This document shows, one piece after another, positions 48,551 to 54,617 of a stretch of 54,617 bases of DNA (the first letter of the stretch is position 1; each line of letters opens with the position of its first letter). Below the pieces are notes generated by a model. The model was not told the DNA's origin and ran no database searches. It was given only the letters and a program-made list of their open reading frames with translations. The position numbers and the translations under genes were made by a program. The stretch is from a virus (taxonomy: Duplodnaviria; Caudoviricetes): the IMG/VR virus record IMGVR_UViG_3300033146_001808, positions 1 to 54,617 of that record. The stretch is one strand, 5' to 3'.

Positions 48551-51500
48551 ATGAAATGTCCTAGTAGTAAACAATTTAATAAATCAAGAGAAGTGTTAGG
48601 AACTATACAGTCTTTTAATGCTTTTAAGCTTAATGGAGAGCAGGATTTACATTTAGCTCCTAATGGTAATCAATCTGAATTATTTAGTGAATTAGTCAAT
48701 CAAGGTGGTGAAGAAAATGCTTTGAGAATAAAGGCTAAATTATTAACTATTAAAGATAAATTAGAATTAGATAGTAATGATGAAGTTTTATTAAGACACG
48801 TTGTATCATCTGATTTTAATGATTCTAATGTAGTCCAGTTACATATTGATAAGACAAGGCAAAGTGATCCTGTCGTAGTTAAGAGAGGTGTTAATACAGA
48901 AGAATTTGCTGGAGTAGAAGTAAGTGATATTATTCCTATTTACAATAATGGTCTTTTTGATAGAAGAAAGCAAAAAGTAGTAAAGACTACTCCTGTTTTT
49001 GAAACTGAATTTGGAGATATTAATGTTGATGATAGTAATCATATTAAGAATACTAAACAGAGTAAACGTAATTCTTCTAATTTATTTAATGGAGACACTA
49101 ATCCGAAGTTAAAATCATTATTTGAAACTAATCAGAATAAAAAATTAGCGGGTTTATTAATTAGGTCAATAAAATATTCTTTTGGTAATGCTGTTAAAAT
49201 TGTTGAGGAAACTAATTCTTCAACTAAAAATGCTTTTGGAGAAGTAAAGAATGGTTGGGTAGATACAAGTGGTAATATTCATTTAAACATGGAAAGCATA
49301 ACTCCTGAGACAGTTTTACATGAATTAGGTCACATATTAGAGCCACTAATTAAAAAGGCTAATAAGGAAGGCTATGAGCTTGTGATGGCAGATATAAATA
49401 AGGGTATTGAATCGGGTACTGGATTATATCATGAAATATATAGAAGAGTTAATCTTAATGATAAATTAAGTAAGGATCAGAAGTTATCAGAAGTATTTGC
49501 TGAGTCATTAGCTATTGATACTTTAAATAAGATGCAAGAGAAAGTTTCTGATTTAGGTATGGTAAATGAAAGTCCTGAAACTATATTTGAAGCAATAAAA
49601 AGGAAATGGAATAATATTAGAGAATCTGTAGAAGGAATGTTTGGCAGTATTTTCGGAGATAAGAAAATAAAGACCGTAGGAGATATAGGTTCTTTTTTAG
49701 CTGTATCAATGAAAGGAGATACAGTTTTCAAATTCACCCAAGAGGAAAGACTTTATATGGATGAATTCTTTAATGAGAGAGGTAATCAATTTAGAGATGA
49801 ATCTAATGGAACTAATTCTCAGGTTGTAATTGGTGGTAATAAGGATTTGATGGATTTTCTTAATGATAGAACTAATATTAAAGATGTTCGATTAGCTGTA
49901 GCAGAAAGTATGGCTAATAAAGCTATTATTGGTAATATAAAGAATAATGATGATAAATTAATTATTGATCATGCAGGAGAAACTTATTTCTTTGAATATC
50001 ATGATAAAAAAGATTTTGATAGAGTTGTATCAGAAATAAAAGATAAAATTGTAGATCCAATGTATGATCTTAAAGAAGCTATGTTTGATAATATAGTTAC
50101 TGGATTTAGTAAAGATTTAGTTGGTAAGCAGAATGATATTTATAAAACTATTGCTGGAGAACATACTACTGCTGAATCAGTAGATAGATTTTTAAATTTC
50201 ACAGGACTTAATCGTAAAGCTGATGCTGTATTAAGATATTCTCAATTAAAAGATCATAAGAACCCTAAGCTCGCTGCATTATATGACGAGAGTATGGCCG
50301 CTAATGATGATTATTTAATGATTATTCATAATGATGGCACTGATAGTAAATTAAAAGTAGGAATTATAAGTGGCAGTGTTAATTCATTAGTAGAAGGAAG
50401 TAATTTAGAAACTGATTCTAATAATATTTTCGCTAATTTAATGACAGATAAAGATTATTATTCTGCTACACCTCTTGGTGCTCATAATAAAATGACAATG
50501 AATAATATTGCTGTTGATAGAAGTAATTTAGGTATAGGGTTATTGATGCTTCATATTAATAACAAGACTAATGGTGATGTTACTTTTGGTAAGACTGGAA
50601 CAATCCACGTTACAGCACAAAAGACTACCGCTAAGATGATTTCTAATGTAGAGGGAATAAGAAGCAATGTGGCTATATTAAGAGGCATACCGGGCTTCTC
50701 TGAAACTTTAAAGCCAAGTGGATTAAAATCCTTATTGGATAATGATGATACATTTAAGAAGAAAATTGATACATCTGTATTTACAGAAGTTAAATCTTAT
50801 TTAGATACTATTGCTTCTGAAGATGAAAGTGATTCAATATTTGCGTACCAGGCTAAAAAATTACTTGAAGAATTAGAGAAAGACACTATTGCTGCAAGAA
50901 TTAAAGTATTAGATGTGATGTCTTCAATGCTTATTAATAAATACAGTAATAAGGCTAAATCTAATGCTTTATTCCAATTAGTAGCTAAGGCATCAAGAGA
51001 GCTTAAGGCTGGTAAAATAGGTACTATAAATGATTTAAATGACATTAGTGCTTTGGCTGTGAAAGTTCAATCTGCATTACATGCTAATCATGATTATATT
51101 CAAGATGTAGTTAATGTTAATCAAAAAGCTTCAATGAAAATCAACAAACATCTTATTGATGATATTCATGACTTAGCAGGAACAACAAAACATAGAGGAT
51201 TAATGAGAGATGTTCTTGATCAAGTGATGAAGGACAAACCTTTCTTAAAAAGTAAAGGATTCATTGTTGATATAGGTTCTCAAATTTATGAGCATTTTTA
51301 TAAAACTAAAAAAGTAAAAGTTGTTGATAAAAATGGGGAGTTTACTGGAGCTGAAACTATTGTTAAATTATCGGAATTACATTTTACTTTAGATGATGCT
51401 GATACAAAAGCTTTATATGATAAAGGGAAAATTACTGATGCTGATTTGAAAGCTACCAATAAAATGCTTGATATCATGAAAGAGCGTTGGATAGATTTAT

Positions 51501-53356
51501 TACATCATGAAGGATTACAAAAACAATTAGTTCGTGGACTTGCAGATGAGGAATATAGAAGAGAGGATGCAGAGATAGAATATAATGGCTTATTTCCTGA
51601 TAAGGGAATGATTCCTATTATAGAGAAATCTACAAGTGAATTATTAGTTGATAAAAAAGTTAAGAAAGCTGCTAAAAAAGGTTTAAGACAAAGTTCTCTT
51701 AGTGAGAATTTATTTGAAGATAGCGTTAGGCTTGATGATGGTACTATTGACCAAATGGGAACAGTAAGTAATTCATTTAGTATGCAGAAGAGAGCTGATC
51801 ATAGATTGGCATTAGGTGGTTTAAAAATGCTTAATGGAGAAATGGTTTCTTTTAATCCAGATTTAAATACAGAGATGTCAACTGATGCTTGGAAGACTTT
51901 CACTTATTTTGATATGGCTATATTAAGAAAAATAGAACATGAAAGAAATGTTATTCCTGTAGCTCGTGGAGCAATAGCTTTAATGACACAATTACATGAT
52001 GAGGGTAAATCTCAAACTAATAGTATTGCATTTGTTAAAGAATATATTAATCGTAATACTTATCGTCAGAATGAGGATGATAAAAATGATATTGATATAG
52101 GAGTTACACCTGTAGATGTTCCTGGTTTAACTAGAACATTAAAGAGTATGATGAACTTGGCTGTATTACCTTTTAAATTAAGTATAGGTATTATGTCAAG
52201 TGCTTTTAATATGAAGAATGTAGCTTTAGAATCATTAGCTGCTACAATAGCTAAATCTGATAGTACTGTTCCTAGAGCAGAGTATTTTATGAAAGCTTTT
52301 AAAGAGTCATTTGCTAATGCTAAAAAGCTTCAACAAGTAGCATTAACACATCAAGTATTTGGTAGAAGTGAATCTGAAATACTTACCAATCCATTTGTTA
52401 ATGTAACAGATTTTTCAGCTTTTAATCAGTTATTCACTAATATTTTTAATTGGGGAACTGATACATGGGCTAGAAGTGTAACCATGGCAGCTATAATGGA
52501 ACAAGATGGAAGTTATGATGCTTATGGTTATGATAAGAAGACAGGTGAAGTAACTTATGATGAGACTAAAGATAAAAGATTTTATGAGAATGGTAAGAGG
52601 AAGGAAGATGCTCAAAGTAAAGCTTTATATGAAGGAGTAATGCTTGATGTAATGGAATTATTGGATCTTGATAAAAGGCCTGATAAATTACCTTTAGGTT
52701 ATGGTCTTGAAGATTCTGTAGCGATGAAAAACATGGCTGATACAAGAGTTGTAGGAGCATTTAGTGATGATGTTGCAGCGATGGGTAGTAATACTTGGGT
52801 AGGTAACTTATTTACTTCATTTAGACAATATGCTTCTGTAAGGCTATTTAACTTTGGAGTATTTGGCAATAGAAGAAAGACTACTGTAGGAGGAAGAATA
52901 GTTGCTGTAGAGAATCCAGATAAACCAGGAGAGTATATTTCAACTAAAGAAACTAAAGAGATGGCAGGAGCATTACAATCTTGGTCAGAAGCTTATAAAA
53001 TTTTAAAAGATAGTGATATTGATAGTCAAGATAAATGGGATGCTCTTGGTGATACTGATAAACATAATTTAGTTAAAGCTGCATTATCAATTATAATGTT
53101 TATGCTTGTTGCTGGTTTTGTTATGGCTGGAGATGATGATGATGAGAAATATGATAAAACAACTATGGGTTATTGGGCTACTAAAATGTTATCAGATTTA
53201 ACAATAATGAGTTTAATAATGGATGTGAATGAAACGCCATTCCCTCCAATAGATTTTATTATCAGGTCAATGGAAAGAGGTAGATTTGATAAATTGCTTC
53301 CTTATTCAGGTTCTCTTACAGAAGTTAATCAGGTTATTAATAGTGATGATGAATAA
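48551..53356 (+). CDS. Large polyvalent cargo protein with zincin-like peptidase and C-terminal hydrophobic helix
   Basis: 1601 aa; LAPNGNQSELF, NGWV..GNIHLN..ETVLHELGH..EVFAESL; C-terminal AALSIIMFMLVAGFVMAG-DDDDE. Confidence 0.8.
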   Translation: MKCPSSKQFNKSREVLGTIQSFNAFKLNGEQDLHLAPNGNQSELFSELVNQGGEENALRIKAKLLTIKDKLELDSNDEVLLRHVVSSDFNDSNVVQLHIDKTRQSDPVVVKRGVNTEEFAGVEVSDIIPIYNNGLFDRRKQKVVKTTPVFETEFGDINVDDSNHIKNTKQSKRNSSNLFNGDTNPKLKSLFETNQNKKLAGLLIRSIKYSFGNAVKIVEETNSSTKNAFGEVKNGWVDTSGNIHLNMESITPETVLHELGHILEPLIKKANKEGYELVMADINKGIESGTGLYHEIYRRVNLNDKLSKDQKLSEVFAESLAIDTLNKMQEKVSDLGMVNESPETIFEAIKRKWNNIRESVEGMFGSIFGDKKIKTVGDIGSFLAVSMKGDTVFKFTQEERLYMDEFFNERGNQFRDESNGTNSQVVIGGNKDLMDFLNDRTNIKDVRLAVAESMANKAIIGNIKNNDDKLIIDHAGETYFFEYHDKKDFDRVVSEIKDKIVDPMYDLKEAMFDNIVTGFSKDLVGKQNDIYKTIAGEHTTAESVDRFLNFTGLNRKADAVLRYSQLKDHKNPKLAALYDESMAANDDYLMIIHNDGTDSKLKVGIISGSVNSLVEGSNLETDSNNIFANLMTDKDYYSATPLGAHNKMTMNNIAVDRSNLGIGLLMLHINNKTNGDVTFGKTGTIHVTAQKTTAKMISNVEGIRSNVAILRGIPGFSETLKPSGLKSLLDNDDTFKKKIDTSVFTEVKSYLDTIASEDESDSIFAYQAKKLLEELEKDTIAARIKVLDVMSSMLINKYSNKAKSNALFQLVAKASRELKAGKIGTINDLNDISALAVKVQSALHANHDYIQDVVNVNQKASMKINKHLIDDIHDLAGTTKHRGLMRDVLDQVMKDKPFLKSKGFIVDIGSQIYEHFYKTKKVKVVDKNGEFTGAETIVKLSELHFTLDDADTKALYDKGKITDADLKATNKMLDIMKERWIDLLHHEGLQKQLVRGLADEEYRREDAEIEYNGLFPDKGMIPIIEKSTSELLVDKKVKKAAKKGLRQSSLSENLFEDSVRLDDGTIDQMGTVSNSFSMQKRADHRLALGGLKMLNGEMVSFNPDLNTEMSTDAWKTFTYFDMAILRKIEHERNVIPVARGAIALMTQLHDEGKSQTNSIAFVKEYINRNTYRQNEDDKNDIDIGVTPVDVPGLTRTLKSMMNLAVLPFKLSIGIMSSAFNMKNVALESLAATIAKSDSTVPRAEYFMKAFKESFANAKKLQQVALTHQVFGRSESEILTNPFVNVTDFSAFNQLFTNIFNWGTDTWARSVTMAAIMEQDGSYDAYGYDKKTGEVTYDETKDKRFYENGKRKEDAQSKALYEGVMLDVMELLDLDKRPDKLPLGYGLEDSVAMKNMADTRVVGAFSDDVAAMGSNTWVGNLFTSFRQYASVRLFNFGVFGNRRKTTVGGRIVAVENPDKPGEYISTKETKEMAGALQSWSEAYKILKDSDIDSQDKWDALGDTDKHNLVKAALSIIMFMLVAGFVMAGDDDDEKYDKTTMGYWATKMLSDLTIMSLIMDVNETPFPPIDFIIRSMERGRFDKLLPYSGSLTEVNQVINSDDE

Positions 53357-53377
53357 TAATTTAAAAAACAGAATATT

Positions 53378-53974
53378 ATGAGTATATGTACAGAAGTTTA
53401 TGTTGAGCATTTCGTTAAAATCGATTGCCACGAGTATTCAATAAGATACTCCGGAACAGGAAAAGTTGCTGTTAGATTATATGACAGTAGAGGTGAAATG
53501 ATTAACGAAATGTTATACGATTCAAGTATTTCAGATGTAACTAATAGAATAAAAACTAATAAAGATGGTGTTTATAGTATTAAAATTTATGCAGAAGTAA
53601 ATGGGGCGATTGATTATAATGTAGTAATTGCTGAATTTCCTATTTATGATATTTGTGAAGCTAATGCTTGCTATTTAAAATTAGTAAATAGTCTTCAATG
53701 TTGTGATGTTGCTGATTGTGATGATGCGGGTAAGAAGAAAGCTGCTGATGTTAGAGAAGCTTTAAATCGCATCGGAGGATTGATGTATTTTATCAATATG
53801 TATATTCGTATTGAAACAGATAAGTATTTGGGATTAACTAATATTGATGCTACAAGAGCTGATTATGTTGCTCAGGTAGATAGCCTATTTGAGAAGATGG
53901 CTATTACACTTGAAAGGTGTAGTACTTGTTTTGATGATTCTAAGAGTGATAGTGAATGTAAATCTTGTAACTAA
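53378..53974 (+). CDS. Cys-rich probable structural protein (possible tail hub/fibre attachment)
   Basis: 198 aa; Ig-like beta N-terminus with DGVYSIKI, helical C-terminus, 11 Cys including CxxC pairs. Confidence 0.55.
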   Translation: MSICTEVYVEHFVKIDCHEYSIRYSGTGKVAVRLYDSRGEMINEMLYDSSISDVTNRIKTNKDGVYSIKIYAEVNGAIDYNVVIAEFPIYDICEANACYLKLVNSLQCCDVADCDDAGKKKAADVREALNRIGGLMYFINMYIRIETDKYLGLTNIDATRADYVAQVDSLFEKMAITLERCSTCFDDSKSDSECKSCN

Positions 53975-53980
53975 TGTATT

Positions 53981-54292
53981 ATGATATATTATAAAACTTG
54001 TGAGTGTAGAGAGCTTTATTATGCGTTTTTTGATAAAATAAAAGCTATATTGAAAAGTATTCAAAGGAATGTTTTTGTAAAGGAAATATATGGAGATAAT
54101 ACTGTATCATGTGACTATGATAAAATCAATGATTTAATGTATTTGAAAAAGAAAACAGATATCATTGAAAGGATTGAGAGTAATCAAAAAGTATGTGATG
54201 ATAACGGATTTGATTGTAAAATTGAATTACCAGATAAATGTGAAGATAATACTATAAAGTATTTCTTTAAAAGAATGAAATTATCGTTGTAA
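53981..54292 (+). CDS. Small Cys-rich hypothetical protein
   Basis: 103 aa, 6 Cys; last gene before the terminator. Confidence 0.6.
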   Translation: MIYYKTCECRELYYAFFDKIKAILKSIQRNVFVKEIYGDNTVSCDYDKINDLMYLKKKTDIIERIESNQKVCDDNGFDCKIELPDKCEDNTIKYFFKRMKLSL

Positions 54293-54328
54293 AAATAAAG
54301 CCTCTCTAAATTAATAGAGGGGCTTTTT
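54291..54328. terminator. Likely bidirectional intrinsic terminator between convergent genes
   Basis: Stem aaagcctctcta (54297-54308) / tagaggggcttt (54315-54326), loop aattaa, A-run before and T-run after. Confidence 0.85.
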
Positions 54329-54329
54329 G

Positions 54330-54599
54330 TTATTTATAATTTAATGTTTCTATATGTTTAATTGCTCTATGTCTTAATGTACTCATACTATAAGCTACAC
54401 CATGATAATATATTCTATCTCGTTTTTTTACTAACTGCTTGAAAGGTACGGTTTTTTTATTAGGACAATGCTTCAATACAAAGAAATTCCCATACTTATC
54501 AGCTCTTAGAAATTCTAAGCCGTCAAACTTAAAACTGAACCTTATTAAGTATTTTGGTTCATTTCTCCATGCTGTCGGATTGTCAATAATATCAATCAT
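54330..54599 (-). CDS. Small basic hypothetical protein, last gene of a convergent transcription unit
   Basis: 89 aa ORF ending at the terminator; no competing + strand ORF. Confidence 0.7.
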   Translation of the reverse strand: MIDIIDNPTAWRNEPKYLIRFSFKFDGLEFLRADKYGNFFVLKHCPNKKTVPFKQLVKKRDRIYYHGVAYSMSTLRHRAIKHIETLNYK

Positions 54600-54617
54600 T
54601 TGTATAAGTTAGTTGCG

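Noticed and set aside
229-52760. Short minus-strand ORFs in the track (e.g. 229..510, 9850..10074, 29614..29946, 31654..32010, 50797..51045)
   Set aside because: Antisense shadows of long + strand genes with Ile/Phe/Ser-biased translations and no motifs.
1-54617. Stop-codon reassignment, tRNA genes or structured ncRNA
   Set aside because: Coding density is near complete in the standard code and the intergenic gaps are too short or lack cloverleaf-like structure.

Overview
AT-rich, almost fully coding segment of a crAss-like (Crassvirales-type) podophage, probably infecting a Bacteroidota host; standard genetic code, no Shine-Dalgarno motifs seen. All credible genes but the last are on the + strand and form the virion/late region: lysis cassette (M15 endolysin, candidate holins), fibre proteins, terminase, portal, scaffold, major capsid protein, ring/auxiliary capsid/IHF-like/muzzle genes, then a ~29 kb block of putative ejected cargo proteins. 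The centrepiece is a 5741-aa ORF that joins, in order, a hydrophobic Gly/Ala-rich region, an SF1 helicase, a PD-(D/E)xK nuclease, a zincin-like HExxH peptidase and a crAss-type virion RNA polymerase (DFDID). It is followed by a small adaptor-like protein, a PG-binding + CHAP + lysozyme-like muralytic protein and a second zincin-bearing polyvalent protein. No tRNA, rRNA, CRISPR array or mobile element was seen. All calls rest on motifs read by eye and on gene order; no database searches were run, so novelty is unverified.
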